Assembly: GCA_034530875.2 (NCBI GenBank) | Contig: JAVRCJ020000010.1 | Coordinates: 179,505-243,504 of the forward strand | DNA: 64,000 nucleotides | Source of the DNA: Nostoc sp. DedSLP01 | Lineage (GTDB): Bacteria > Cyanobacteriota > Cyanobacteriia > Cyanobacteriales > Nostocaceae | Direction: 5' to 3' | Shown: positions 19,101-29,710 of the stretch, piece by piece | How positions within the stretch are numbered: position 1 is the stretch's first letter | How the letters are laid out: the number at the start of each line of letters is the position of its first letter | Program-made: the position numbers and the translations under genes | Notes under the pieces: generated by a model | What the model was told of the DNA's origin: nothing | What the model saw: only the letters and a program-made list of their open reading frames with translations | Database searches by the model: none

Positions 19101-22100
19101 ATGCTAATCGCTCTTGAGGATATGCGGGGTCTAGTGGCACATAAGCTCCACTTGCTTTGAGGATGCCTAATAGCCCGATAATTATATCAAGCGATCGCTC
19201 TACACAAATCCCCACTAATACTTCTGGTTCTACTCCTAACTTTTGCAAATAATGCGCTAGTTGATTTGCTTTGGTATTTAGTTGGTGATAAGTTAATCGC
19301 TGGTCTTCAAAAACTACTGCGATCGCATCTGGTGTTTTTTCTACCTGTGCCTCAAACAATTGATGAATGCACTTGCCTTGCGGATAGTCTATTTTGGTAT
19401 CATTCCATTCAACTAATAACTGCTGTACTTCCAATGGCGTCAGTAATTGTAAGTCTGCAATACGTTGTTCTGGATTGCTAACTACGCTTTCTAGCAAAGT
19501 TCGGAAGTGTCCAAGCATCCTCACAATTCTATCTGCATTGAATAACTCCGTGTTGTACTCGCAAGTTGCAACCAAACCTTGTTCGGAATCCTCCATAAAC
19601 AATGTCAAATCAAATTTTGATGCTCCGTTGTAACCTTCTTCGTAAGTAATAGATACATCGGATAGATTTAAATTGGGTTTTGGAAGATTCTGGAGAACGA
19701 ACATCACCTGAAACAGTGGGTTATAGCTCAAGTCTCTGGTTGGCTGTAGTTCTTCTACTAACTTTTCAAAAGGTAAGTCTTGGCGGATGTATGCTTCTGA
19801 AGCTGTTGATTTCACCCGCGCCAACAAATCCTGAAAACTAAGTTCGCCAGAAAGGTCTGTACGCAATACTAAAACATTGACAAAAAATCCGATTAATGGT
19901 TTGATTTCTGCTTGGTTCCGATTGGCAATTGGCGAACCTACTACGATATCAGTCTGACCTGTGTAACGATACAGCAAGGCTTTGAAAGCTGCAAGCAAGG
20001 TCATAAACAAAGTTACTCCCCGCTGACGGCTCAAATTTTTCAGTTCTTTTGTCAAAGTTTGGCTAAGAACTAATTTGCTTTGAGCGCCTTTGAAAGTTTG
20101 AAGAGCCGCCCGCGGTCTATCAGTTGGTAAATTCAGTACATTCAGTTCGCCACTCAACTTTTGTTTCCAATAGCTCAATAACTGTTGAAGGCGTTCCCCA
20201 TCAAGCCATTGTCGTTGCCAATTGATAAAGTCTTTATACTGAATGGGTAATTCTGGAAGTAGTGAAACTTTGCCTGTAGAGAATGCTTCGTATAATGCAG
20301 CTAGTTCTTTAATCAGAATACCGATAGACCAGCCGTCTGCAATTATGTGATGGAGAGTGATAAGTAGCTGAGAATTTTTATCATTTAAAACTAAAAATTT
20401 AACCCGTAAAAGCGATCGCTCGGATAATTCAAATCGCTGCTGTGCTAACTCTGTAGCTAAACGTTGTGCTGTTTGAGCGCGTTGCCTTTCTGATAACGAA
20501 CGCAAATCTTCAACCGCCAAAGTTAAGGGTACAGCTTGATTTATAACTTGCGCTGGTTGTCCGTTAACTACGACAAAGCTGGTCCTTAATACTTCATGTC
20601 GTTTAATAATTTCATTCAGACTATCTTGTAAGGCTACTAAATTAATGCAACCCTGGAAGTTAATAACTATAGGAATATTATATGTAGGGGTATCGGGCTT
20701 TATCTGATTGATGAACCACAATCCCTGCTGCGTAAAAGATAGAGGCTGAATGGATGAATCTTTTTCTAGTTGGGTGAAGGATATTGACGTTATGGCGTCG
20801 GTTGTCAGTTGAGCAAGGATTTTGGTAGCAAGCGATCGCGTACTCATTCCTTCAAAGAAGTCTGCGACAGATACTTCTAGTTCTAAGTCAACCTCAATGC
20901 GATTTTTTAACTCAAATACTTTTAAAGAATCCAATCCCAAGGTACTTATTGCTTCTTGAGAATTAATACTATTTGGTGCTATTAAAAGTACTCCCGCCAA
21001 CAATTCAATCAGATATGATTCTAAAAGGAGTTGAGATTCCCTTGGGGAAAGTGCCAAAAGTTCAGAACGCTGTAATAGATGAGTTTCTTTTGAGACGATA
21101 TTGCTGATTTTGAGAATGTCGCTTGCAACTACATTTAGTTCATCATTCTGAAACTGAGCGCGAGTTGTACGCCTTTGAATTTTGCCACTAGAAGTTTTGG
21201 GAATAGTACCTGGTTTAATTAAAACTACAGCATAAACTTGTACTTCATGTTCTTCAGTAACCGCTTGCCGTATTGCAGAAATTACCTGTTCTAAATTTGG
21301 CTTGGCGCGAAATTCTAATTCTTGTACGAGTACTAGTTTTTCTTCGTTATTAACTTCTATAGTAAATGCTGCATTACTGCCAGAACGTAATGATCGATGG
21401 CTGCGTTCTGCGGTTAATTCTATATCTTGCGGGTAAAGATTGCGACCGCGAATAATAATTAAATCTTTGACTCTACCTGTAATAAAAAGTTCGCCATTCT
21501 CTAAAAAACCTAAATCTCCAGTTCGTAAGAATGGCCCTTTACCTGTGTCTGATAAATAAGCGCGAAAAGTTTCTTCTGTTTCTGAAAAACGATTCCAATA
21601 ACCTTGACCAACACTCGGCCCGGATACCCAAATTTCCCCGATTTCACCAGGTTGAGAACTCTTGAGAGTTTCTGGATTAGCAATTACTACTTCCTGTTGT
21701 GGTATGACTCTACCGCAACTAACTAATTGATAAATATTCTCATTTTGATCGGATGCGTCAACGACTCGATTGCATTCTAATGCAGACTTGTAAACTGTTT
21801 TGATAATTGGTGATGTTGCTTTCTCTACGCCAGAAACCATCAAAGTTGTTTCAGCCATTCCGTAACAAGGATAAAATGCCTCTTTACGGAAGCCACAATC
21901 TGCAAAAGCTGCTGCAAAACGCTCTAAAGTCTCATACCGAATCGGTTCAGCGCCGTTAAATGCCACACTCCAACTACTCAAATCAAGAGTCTGTTTTTGT
22001 TCGGGAGTAATTTTTTGGGTACATAATTCATAAGCAAAGTTAGGGCCGCCGCTGGTTGTGCCTTTGTAATCAGATATAACTTGCAACCACCGATATGGAC

Positions 22101-22857
22101 GTTGGAGAAAGGAAGCTGGAGGTATGATGATGCAGGGAAAACCTCCATACAAAGGTTGTAATATTCCTCCAATCAGACCCATATCGTGGTACATGGGTAA
22201 CCACGTTACGAACTTACTTTCTGGAGAATGCTCCATGAATTGGTAAGTTGTATGAGCATTGTGCAGTAGGTTGCCATGAGTAATCATCACACCTTTGGGC
22301 GTGCCTGTAGAACCAGAGGTGTATTGCAGAAAAGCTAAGGTATCCCTATCTATAGGGGGTTCTTGCCAAGTGTCTTCTATTCCCAGAGGTAGATTGTCGG
22401 TAGCTAACCACTGTAAAGATGTAACGTCGGTCTTTTGTGTCATTAAAGACCGGACTGTAGGTAGAAGTTGGGTAGTTGTCAGAGCGATCGCGGCTTGTGC
22501 ATCTAGGGAAATTGCCTTGATTCTAGGCGTGTTGCGCTCATTTCGGGGTGGATATGCAGTTACAGCCACAACGCCGGCATATAAGCAACCGAAAAAAGCA
22601 ACTAAAAAATCTAGTCCTGCGGGATAAAGTAGTAAAGCCCGTTCCCCAGTCAAACCCAATGCTTGTAATTGAGCAGCTATTTGACGCGATCGCCTATCTA
22701 ATTCTTGATATGTTAGCGTTGTCTGTTCTGTTTCCCCATCTAACAAAAACGTAAAAGCATCTCGATTTGGCTGCGTAGAACTTCTGAAGCGCAGTAATTC
22801 GATAACTGTAGAAAAGTTGCCCAAAGGTTCAAACAAGCTATGAGAAAATCGATTCAT
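16189..22857 (-). CDS. Starter FAAL-ACP-C-A(Ala)-PCP-E
   Basis: FAAL motifs FLQYTSGSTG, WLPMYHDMGL and YGMAE; ACP LGLDSL; C HHIIADGWS; A code DLFNNALTYK (Ala); PCP GGDSI (typical before E); E motifs HHLVVDAVSW, EGHGRE, RTVGWFT and FNYLGQFD. Confidence 0.94.
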   Translation of the reverse strand: MNRFSHSLFEPLGNFSTVIELLRFRSSTQPNRDAFTFLLDGETEQTTLTYQELDRRSRQIAAQLQALGLTGERALLLYPAGLDFLVAFFGCLYAGVVAVTAYPPRNERNTPRIKAISLDAQAAIALTTTQLLPTVRSLMTQKTDVTSLQWLATDNLPLGIEDTWQEPPIDRDTLAFLQYTSGSTGTPKGVMITHGNLLHNAHTTYQFMEHSPESKFVTWLPMYHDMGLIGGILQPLYGGFPCIIIPPASFLQRPYRWLQVISDYKGTTSGGPNFAYELCTQKITPEQKQTLDLSSWSVAFNGAEPIRYETLERFAAAFADCGFRKEAFYPCYGMAETTLMVSGVEKATSPIIKTVYKSALECNRVVDASDQNENIYQLVSCGRVIPQQEVVIANPETLKSSQPGEIGEIWVSGPSVGQGYWNRFSETEETFRAYLSDTGKGPFLRTGDLGFLENGELFITGRVKDLIIIRGRNLYPQDIELTAERSHRSLRSGSNAAFTIEVNNEEKLVLVQELEFRAKPNLEQVISAIRQAVTEEHEVQVYAVVLIKPGTIPKTSSGKIQRRTTRAQFQNDELNVVASDILKISNIVSKETHLLQRSELLALSPRESQLLLESYLIELLAGVLLIAPNSINSQEAISTLGLDSLKVFELKNRIEVDLELEVSVADFFEGMSTRSLATKILAQLTTDAITSISFTQLEKDSSIQPLSFTQQGLWFINQIKPDTPTYNIPIVINFQGCINLVALQDSLNEIIKRHEVLRTSFVVVNGQPAQVINQAVPLTLAVEDLRSLSERQRAQTAQRLATELAQQRFELSERSLLRVKFLVLNDKNSQLLITLHHIIADGWSIGILIKELAALYEAFSTGKVSLLPELPIQYKDFINWQRQWLDGERLQQLLSYWKQKLSGELNVLNLPTDRPRAALQTFKGAQSKLVLSQTLTKELKNLSRQRGVTLFMTLLAAFKALLYRYTGQTDIVVGSPIANRNQAEIKPLIGFFVNVLVLRTDLSGELSFQDLLARVKSTASEAYIRQDLPFEKLVEELQPTRDLSYNPLFQVMFVLQNLPKPNLNLSDVSITYEEGYNGASKFDLTLFMEDSEQGLVATCEYNTELFNADRIVRMLGHFRTLLESVVSNPEQRIADLQLLTPLEVQQLLVEWNDTKIDYPQGKCIHQLFEAQVEKTPDAIAVVFEDQRLTYHQLNTKANQLAHYLQKLGVEPEVLVGICVERSLDIIIGLLGILKASGAYVPLDPAYPQERLAFILEDAQVSVLLTQASLVEAMPQHKAQVVCLDADWYDIAQQSKENLLSQLSPDNLAYVIYTSGSTGRPKGVAIQHSSTVAMLDWANKTFEFEAKKGVLASTSICFDLSVFEIFVPLCCGGKVLLIENALYLPTFPAAENVTLINTVPSVISQLLTTDGIPTSVQTVNIAGEPLDNQLVQQLYQRENIKQVFNLYGPSEDTTYSTSAWIQKGSTNTPPIGRPIHNTQIYLLDRNYQPVPVGVPGMLYIGSAGLARGYLNRPELTADKFIPNPYANQPGERLYKTGDLARYLPNGEIEYLGRIDYQVKVRGFRIELGEIEALIKQYPTVKKTVVLVREDSGNSQRLVAYLVPQKEQTLTISELQSFLESKLPSYMIPGAFVILEALPLTPNGKVDRKALPVPDTVHPELEETFVAANTTVEKQLAAIWAEVLGLEKVGINDNFFRLGGDSILSLQVISKANQIGLNLTPKQLFQHQTIAQLAVVAGTTRKIQAEQMAVAGSLELTPIQHWFFEQKQPELHHWNQSVLLESKQNIDPVILEEVLEFLQKHHDVLRLRFIEDEFSIQALNATPDDKIPLRCFDFSELQKDKQAVAIAAATAKLQASLNLSQGPLFQVALFNLGVNQGNRLLWIIHHLVVDAVSWRILIEDFQTAYQQISQGKLINLLPKTTSYKEWSSRLQKYAQSSALLSELEFWLATQHQFVSPIPRDFIDGNNIEETASIVSVSLSQQETKSLLQEVSTAYRTQINDILLTALIQIFHQWTGETSLLIDLEGHGREELFEDVDLSRTVGWFTSVFPVHLNLENTNDLGKALKSIKEQLRAIPNQGIGYGLLRYLSRNQEINKQLSSLKAEVIFNYLGQFDRLLSESSLFSLVQGASDANRSLRNKRTHLLEINAGIYQGYLEISWTYSNQFHRQSTIEALAQRFIEALRSLIAHCQSYDAGGFTPSDFAEFKQSQWDQADLDAITAAMGDM

Positions 22858-23805
22858 TTTTATATCAACCCAACGCCACCTACAATTTATCTTTATTCCC
22901 CAGCCATCAATTAAACATTGTTTTCAAAAATCCCATAAATTTTTTGATTTTCCCAGAAAAAATTGCATAAAAAAGATAAGAAGGCGCAATATTAAAAAAA
23001 ACTGATAACAAGAAATTTCCCCTTATTTACTAGCTATAGCAGTGCTATTCGTGAAAAAAATCTGTTGTCTTTTACTTGTTGCCTGCTTCTACGACTAATT
23101 TCACAACTCAAAGAGGATTGCTATACATCGTTAGTTGTTAGGCAGAATCAGAGCTTGAATGTCTACGCATCCTCATTGGCAAATTTTATGAAGTTTACAA
23201 TTTTAACCCCGGTAGCCAACAAAACCGATAATTCTCAGTGGAGTTAGAGAAGTGGATTTACTTCCTTAACTGGGTTTGAGCCTTTAATAATTAATTCAGC
23301 TAAGCGCCAAGACGATCTAAACGCTAATACTAGTGGCTTACTTGGATAAATACCAAATATTATTGCAAGTAATTTTTATTTACTCTTGATTACATTAACG
23401 AGAATTAGTTGCTTTAGCAATAGAGTATCTATAGATATTTTTTATCGCTGAATAAAAAAGTAGTACCTTCACTTATGATATTAAGCGTATGATTTATATC
23501 TTTAGATAGATGATTATCCTTATATTTGCTTGGATTTCTCAGCTCGATAAATTTAGCATTGGATGAGATTAGCAGTCAATTTTGTGCTTTATTAGCCAGT
23601 TTTGTAGCTGAGGAAGCTAGTTTTGTTTTTGGTTAACACGGAAAAAATGTATATTCGGATACTGAAATGGTATCTAGTTATGGGTTAGGCAAACATCCAA
23701 CTATAACAATACTTGCTGCCTAGTTTCTTTCTCAATTAAAAGAGATTATTAATTATCTTGTTTCTTGTACCAGTTCATAATAGTATTCAAATAATTTCCA
23801 AATTA

Positions 23806-23823
23806 AATGACAATTGTTTTCAA
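23806..23823. promoter_or_regulatory. Putative Fur box upstream of the TonB-dependent receptor
   Basis: AATGACAATTGTTTTCAA matches AATGATAATCATTATCAA at 14 of 18 positions and sits 58 bp before the ATG. The AT-rich background lowers specificity. Confidence 0.45.
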
Positions 23824-23881
23824 AGACTGACATAGTGTCTTTGCATACAGCCAAATACTGTGATTGAGTGTAAGTGGATAA

Positions 23882-26731
23882 ATGAAGTTAGATAGATTTT
23901 TTCAAACCCTACTGCTGACAGGTGCGGTTGTGGTTTTTATCAACGCTCCTGCCAAAGGTGAGGAAGTAAGAGAGGATGTTCCAGGGGAATCTCCTACCCA
24001 GAGGGTACAGAAGTCTAGATTAGATGAGAAGCTTCCAGTTACAGATCGAGAATTTGCGATCGCTAAATCTCAGGTATTAGCTGCTAGTACTAGGAAACCC
24101 CGACTCCGCAAGTCTGACATTAGAACTTTAGTGCAAAGAATAAAGTCGGATGAGACAACTAAAAACATTCTTCAACTTAGTGAAATCGAACTTCCTGCTA
24201 CTAGCGCCCAAATCCTAGTACAGTCAACACCATCTGAGGCTCCTAGTTCAGAACAAACAAGTGGGGATGCGATCGTACCGATCGCAGGAGTTAAAGCAAA
24301 TCCTACACAGACAGGTGTGGAGGTAATTTTACAGACTCCTCTAGGAGAACAACTGCAAGTTATAAATAGCAGTACGAATAATAATTTTATTGCCGATATT
24401 CCTAATGCCCAGTTGCGTTTGCCTAACGGCGATGCTTTTACATTCCGTTCCGAAAAACCAATTGCAGGAATTCTGGAAATAACTGCTACGAACATTGATG
24501 CCAAGACTGTTCGGGTGACTGTGATTGGTGAGAACGCTTTACCAACGGTTGAATTATTTGATGATGATGCAGGGCTGGTTTTTGGTATAAATTCGGCTGC
24601 AACAGCGACCCAGCCATCACAGCAGCCAGAAACACCACAAGCACAAAACCCAGCAAGTGAGACACCGCAACAGCAGCCAGCGCCAGAACAACCGCCCACT
24701 CAGCAGCAGCCCACAGCCCAAGAAGATGAGCCGATTGAGTTGGTGGTGACGGGGGGAGACGATGGATATCGGGTAACAGATACCACGACTGGGACAAAAA
24801 CCGATACACCTTTGCGCGATATTCCACAATCGATTCAGGTAGTACCTCAAGAAGTATTGCGCGACCAACAGGTGACTCGTATAGAAGATGCGGTTAGAAA
24901 TGTCCCTGGTGTGAATCAGAGCTTTAACATTGGTCCAAGTACCTTTTATACCATTCGTGGATTTGATGCCACAGAAACAAATCTTCTCAGAGATGGACTG
25001 ATTGACACATTAGCTGGACAAGTGAGCGAACTTTCCAGTATAGAGCGAGTCGAAGTTCTTAAAGGGCCTGCATCAGTACTATTTGGTTTGGGTAATCCAG
25101 GGGGAAGCATCAACCTAGTATCTAAACGTCCGTTAAGCGATCCGTTTTATGCTATTGATGCCACCGTTGGAACTTATAGTTATTATCGAGGTGCGATTGA
25201 TTTATCAGGGCCGTTAGATGACTCCAAGACAGCTTTATATCGTCTGAATACGGCCTATAGAAATTCAGGTAGTTTTGTCGATTTCTTTAATGGTGAAAGC
25301 TTCAATATATCGCCTGTAATTAGTGTGGCCCTTGGTGAGAGAACTAACCTCACCTTAGATGGAGAATACATCGATACCAGAGATTCTTTGGCGTCTGGCG
25401 TACCTGTCATTGGTAGTGTATTATTTAACCCCAATGGCGAAGTGTCCCGTAACCGCAACTATAGCGAACCTTCCGATATCATCGAACAGACAATTACCAG
25501 GCTTGGATACCAACTAGAACACAAGTTTAGCGATAACTGGTCGTTACGCAACGCGTTTCGACTTGCGTTTCGGGATTACAACGACGAATTGACAATTCCC
25601 TCCAATTTAGATGCAGACAATCGAACTTTTAATCGTACATTTCGAGAATACGAGGTTGAAAACAGAAATTATAGTTTGACAACAAATCTCGTTGGTAAGT
25701 TCTCCACTGGTTCAATTCAGCATCAGCTACTATTTGGACTTGATTTTAATAGTTTTGAAAACTTGACACCAAGATATGTCGAACGGGAAGCAGCACCGAT
25801 TGATATCTTTAATCCTGTTTATCGTCAACTACCGGGATCGGACGTTGTTTTTGAATTTAGCGATCGCACCCTCACCAACTCATTAGGAATTTATCTTCAA
25901 GACCAAGTTGCACTCACAGATGGCTTAAAGTTATTGCTAGGTGTCAGGTTTGATACTTTCGATCGCGAATATGACGATTTGCTCAATAACACACAAAGCA
26001 GTGCATCAGATAGTGCATTCAGTCCTCGTTTTGGGATTGTCTATCAACCCATCCCTGCCATCTCGCTCTATGCAAGCTACACAAGTTCATTTACTCCACC
26101 AGGCGGTACATTCTTTTTTGGTGTTGACTCGACCTTCGAGCCAGAACGCGGCAATCAGTATGAGGTTGGAGTCAAGGCAGATTTGAACGATCGCCTTTCG
26201 GCAACACTCGCATTCTTTGATTTGACTCGTACTAATGTATCTACAGCAGACCCCAACAATCCAGGCTTTTCAATTCAAGTAGGCGAACAAAATAGCCGAG
26301 GTATCGAACTGAATATTGCAGGTGAAATCTTGCCGGGATGGAATGTATATGCAGGCTATGCTTATATCGATGCACGTACTACCGAAGATACTAATCTTGA
26401 ATTGATTGGGAACCGCTTGCCAAATAGCGCAGACCATTCTTTCAACTTATGGACGAGCTACGAAATTCAGCAAGGTAATTTACAAGGTTTTGGCGCTGGA
26501 CTAGGTTTATTTTTTGTCGGCGATCGTGCTGGAGATTTGACCAATACTTACGATTTACCTAGCTATTTTCGCACTGATGCAGCTCTTTTTTATAAGCGAG
26601 ATACATTCAGAGTTGCCCTCAACTTCAAAAATATATTTGATCTAGACTATTTTGAAAGCGCGCTTAATTCTAATCGTGTTTACTACGGACAGCCTTTCAC
26701 AGTTCAAGGAACAATTACCTGGCAGTTTTAA
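23882..26731 (+). CDS. TonB-dependent siderophore receptor with N-terminal AMIN-like domain
   Basis: Signal peptide, Gln/Pro linker, TonB-box-like ELVVTG, plug motifs DIPQSIQVV and ERVEVLKGPASVLFG, and C-terminal Phe (ITWQF). Confidence 0.95.
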   Translation: MKLDRFFQTLLLTGAVVVFINAPAKGEEVREDVPGESPTQRVQKSRLDEKLPVTDREFAIAKSQVLAASTRKPRLRKSDIRTLVQRIKSDETTKNILQLSEIELPATSAQILVQSTPSEAPSSEQTSGDAIVPIAGVKANPTQTGVEVILQTPLGEQLQVINSSTNNNFIADIPNAQLRLPNGDAFTFRSEKPIAGILEITATNIDAKTVRVTVIGENALPTVELFDDDAGLVFGINSAATATQPSQQPETPQAQNPASETPQQQPAPEQPPTQQQPTAQEDEPIELVVTGGDDGYRVTDTTTGTKTDTPLRDIPQSIQVVPQEVLRDQQVTRIEDAVRNVPGVNQSFNIGPSTFYTIRGFDATETNLLRDGLIDTLAGQVSELSSIERVEVLKGPASVLFGLGNPGGSINLVSKRPLSDPFYAIDATVGTYSYYRGAIDLSGPLDDSKTALYRLNTAYRNSGSFVDFFNGESFNISPVISVALGERTNLTLDGEYIDTRDSLASGVPVIGSVLFNPNGEVSRNRNYSEPSDIIEQTITRLGYQLEHKFSDNWSLRNAFRLAFRDYNDELTIPSNLDADNRTFNRTFREYEVENRNYSLTTNLVGKFSTGSIQHQLLFGLDFNSFENLTPRYVEREAAPIDIFNPVYRQLPGSDVVFEFSDRTLTNSLGIYLQDQVALTDGLKLLLGVRFDTFDREYDDLLNNTQSSASDSAFSPRFGIVYQPIPAISLYASYTSSFTPPGGTFFFGVDSTFEPERGNQYEVGVKADLNDRLSATLAFFDLTRTNVSTADPNNPGFSIQVGEQNSRGIELNIAGEILPGWNVYAGYAYIDARTTEDTNLELIGNRLPNSADHSFNLWTSYEIQQGNLQGFGAGLGLFFVGDRAGDLTNTYDLPSYFRTDAALFYKRDTFRVALNFKNIFDLDYFESALNSNRVYYGQPFTVQGTITWQF

Positions 26732-26743
26732 TAATTGAGAACA

Positions 26744-27697
26744 ATGCGAAAACTATTCTGTTGGCTAATATTAGGTATCTTAGGATTTACTCTAGTTACA
26801 GCTTGCAATCCTCAGACATCTCAAAATATATTTTCTTCGTCCAAACTGTCAGCCGCAGAATGTCGCACAATCGAACACACAATGGGGGAAACCTGTGTTC
26901 CCGTTAACCCCCAGCGTGTTGTCACCTTATCTGTCTCTACTTTAGGTAATGCACTTGCGCTCGGTGTTAAACCCATCGCAACAAGCAACGAAATTTATCG
27001 AAAGGAAGACTCTCTAACACCTTTTCAAAGAAAAGTAGAGGAAATAAAATTAGTCGGAATTTCTCAACCAAATGTAGAAGCAATATTACTGCTTAAACCA
27101 GATTTAATCGTAGGCCCAGATTGGTACAAGTCAATTTATCCTCTACTATCTCAAATTGCTCCTACAGTATTGGGCGAAAGTGAATTTGATGCCTGGAGAG
27201 ATCATTTTAGTTTTGTGGCTGAAGCCTTAGGAAAGCAAGAGACAGAAAAAGCACTTTGGGAGCGCTATAATCGGAGAATTGAACAGCTAAAACTAGCACT
27301 AGAAAATCGCTATCAAAACAAAAAAATCTCATTCATATATCTTGGAAGCTATGGAATATCAATTGACACAAAAAGTTCATTCGTTGGGTCAATTCTTAAT
27401 GATGCTCTTTTGCAGCGTCCAGCTTCACAAAATATCCATTCACGCTATGGTTCAGTAGATATTTCGCTCGAAGAATTAAAAAAGGTAGATGGTGATATTT
27501 TATTTGTCACAACTTATTCAAATGTTGGCAAAAAAATACTTACAGAGACACAACAAGATCCACTTTGGAAAAGCCTGAAAGCTGTTCGAGAAAATCATGT
27601 TTATTATGTTGATTACACATCATGGGCTGCATCAAATATGCTGGGAACCGATTTAGTAATTGACGACCTCTTTAAATATCTTGTTGACACACCTTAA
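26744..27697 (+). CDS. Fe-siderophore ABC transporter substrate-binding lipoprotein (FecB/FhuD-like)
   Basis: Lipobox LVTAC and motifs HTMGETCVP-x-NPQRVV, LKPDLI, LSQIAPTV and WKSLKAV. The ATG at 26744 is preferred over the TTG at 26735. Confidence 0.9.
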   Translation: MRKLFCWLILGILGFTLVTACNPQTSQNIFSSSKLSAAECRTIEHTMGETCVPVNPQRVVTLSVSTLGNALALGVKPIATSNEIYRKEDSLTPFQRKVEEIKLVGISQPNVEAILLLKPDLIVGPDWYKSIYPLLSQIAPTVLGESEFDAWRDHFSFVAEALGKQETEKALWERYNRRIEQLKLALENRYQNKKISFIYLGSYGISIDTKSSFVGSILNDALLQRPASQNIHSRYGSVDISLEELKKVDGDILFVTTYSNVGKKILTETQQDPLWKSLKAVRENHVYYVDYTSWAASNMLGTDLVIDDLFKYLVDTP

Positions 27698-27859
27698 CTT
27701 ACAGCTAAATTAAGCAAAAAAACTGGTCTTTCAGACGCGATTTATCGCGTTTCTACAGGAATACTTTTAGGCTTAATCCAAGCGTATTGGATTATATCGT
27801 AGGCTAACGCACCTTAAATTATTGGTGGTGCGGCGCTTGACGACAACACACTGTACTTT

Positions 27860-29653
27860 TTATTTCATACCCGATTGTACGTTCCATAAACTGGCATAAA
27901 TTCCATTCTTTTCTAACAATTGCTCGTGAGTTCCCGATTCTACTAGCTCACCATATTCCATAACGTAGATGCGATCGGCATTGCGGATAGTGGAAAGACG
28001 ATGAGCGATCGCAATTGTAGTTCGATTAACGGTAATCCTTTCTAAAGAACGCTGAATTGCAGCTTCAGTTTCATTATCTACTGCTGATGTAGCTTCATCT
28101 AAAATCAAAATTGGTGGATTCTTTAAAACAGCTCTGGCGATCGCAATTCTTTGGCGTTGTCCGCCAGATAATTTTTGTCCTCGTTCGCCAACTATTGTTT
28201 CATAACCTTGGGGTAGCGCCATAATAAAATCATGGGCTTCGGCAATTTTACTAGCTTTAATTATTTCTTCATCCCTAGCATCAAAGGTACCATAAGCGAT
28301 ATTTTCAGCAACGGTGCCATGAAATAAGAAGACATCTTGACTTACCAAGCCAATACTGCGACGTAAATCGTCTAATTTCAAGTCTTGGATATCAATACCA
28401 TCAATAAGGATTCTTCCGGCAGAAATTTCATACAATCGCAGCAATAATTTTACTAAAGTACTTTTACCGGAACCTGTAGAACCGACAATGGCGATCGTTT
28501 TACCTGCGGGTATATGTAAAGATAAGTTTTTAATTACTGGCTTTCGATTTGCATAAGCAAAAGTGACTTCTTTAAAATCAATTTCACCGCGTACTTTTTC
28601 AATAGGTAAAGCTTTATCTCCTGGAATAATATTAATGGGAGTATCTAATAAATTCATAATTCGATTGGTAGAAGCCATTGACATTTGATATTTGTCAAAC
28701 ATTTCTCCTAATGTTACTAATGGCCATAACAATCTCTGTACTAAAACTAGTAAAACACTGTAATTACCAATAGATATTTTCCCACTATATGTTGCCATCC
28801 CTCCCCCAAATAATAAGGCTGTGAAGCCAGCTAAAATTAACATTCTGATTAAAGGAGTAAATGCAGCAGAAAGTTTAATTGCTTTAGTGTTACTTTTTTT
28901 ATATGCTTCACTTTCTCCAGCAAATCTAGCGCTTTCATAAGCTTCAGCAGTAAAACTTTTAATTGTAGTAATTCCACTCAGATTATTTGCCAATCTCGAG
29001 TTGAGAAAACCTACTCTTTCTCGCACTTCGGCGTAACGCTCTTCTAGCCGCTTTTGATAACTAAAGGAACCCCAAAGAATAAATGGCATAGGCAACAATG
29101 TTGCCAAGGTAATCGAGGGAGGCAAAATCCAGAAAGCACCACAGGTTAAAATAAAAACTGAAGTGGCAACTTGGATAATTTCACTTGCTACAAAATTTAG
29201 AAAATCTTCCAATTTGTTGATATCATCATTCAAAATTGACATCAAACCGCCAGTACTGCTTTCCTCAAAGTAAGCTGAATCTAATTCTTGTACGCGATTG
29301 TAAGTATCTAAACGTAAATCATGCTGAATATCTTGGGCTAAATTACGCCATAGTCTAGTGTATGCGTACTCAGAAGCTGATTCTAATATCCAAATAATAA
29401 TGGTGGCAACTGAAAGTAGGAAAAATTGCCAAATTACATCTTTGACACCTAATTTGGCAATGAATGAATTTTGCTGTTCTACGAGAATATCTACAGCAAC
29501 GCCAATTAACCACGGTGGTGCTAAATCGAAAATCGTATTAGCGATAGTAAAGAATGTTGCTTGCCAAATTTGTAGGCGGTATTGGATAGCATAATTGAGC
29601 AAGCGTTTTAGAGGAGAATTTAAATTTTTAGGTTTAGGAGATACTCTTTTCAC
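27860..29653 (-). CDS. ABCB-type fused permease/ATPase (possible siderophore exporter)
   Basis: N-terminal multi-TM domain, Walker A GSTGSGKST, signature LSGGQ and Walker B ILILDEATS. Confidence 0.88.
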   Translation of the reverse strand: MKRVSPKPKNLNSPLKRLLNYAIQYRLQIWQATFFTIANTIFDLAPPWLIGVAVDILVEQQNSFIAKLGVKDVIWQFFLLSVATIIIWILESASEYAYTRLWRNLAQDIQHDLRLDTYNRVQELDSAYFEESSTGGLMSILNDDINKLEDFLNFVASEIIQVATSVFILTCGAFWILPPSITLATLLPMPFILWGSFSYQKRLEERYAEVRERVGFLNSRLANNLSGITTIKSFTAEAYESARFAGESEAYKKSNTKAIKLSAAFTPLIRMLILAGFTALLFGGGMATYSGKISIGNYSVLLVLVQRLLWPLVTLGEMFDKYQMSMASTNRIMNLLDTPINIIPGDKALPIEKVRGEIDFKEVTFAYANRKPVIKNLSLHIPAGKTIAIVGSTGSGKSTLVKLLLRLYEISAGRILIDGIDIQDLKLDDLRRSIGLVSQDVFLFHGTVAENIAYGTFDARDEEIIKASKIAEAHDFIMALPQGYETIVGERGQKLSGGQRQRIAIARAVLKNPPILILDEATSAVDNETEAAIQRSLERITVNRTTIAIAHRLSTIRNADRIYVMEYGELVESGTHEQLLEKNGIYASLWNVQSGMK

Positions 29654-29710
29654 GACTCTTTATTTTTTGTAATTATATGATTTTAGTAGAGATAAAATTA
29701 AGAATTTAAC

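Noticed and set aside
2854..22857. Laxaphycin- or puwainaphycin-type cluster (FAAL-started; laxaphycins contain Hyp and OH-Asn)
   Set aside because: Those pathways pass the FAAL product through PKS/aminotransferase modules to make a beta-amino acid. Here the FAAL-ACP feeds a C domain directly and the locus is embedded in iron-uptake genes.
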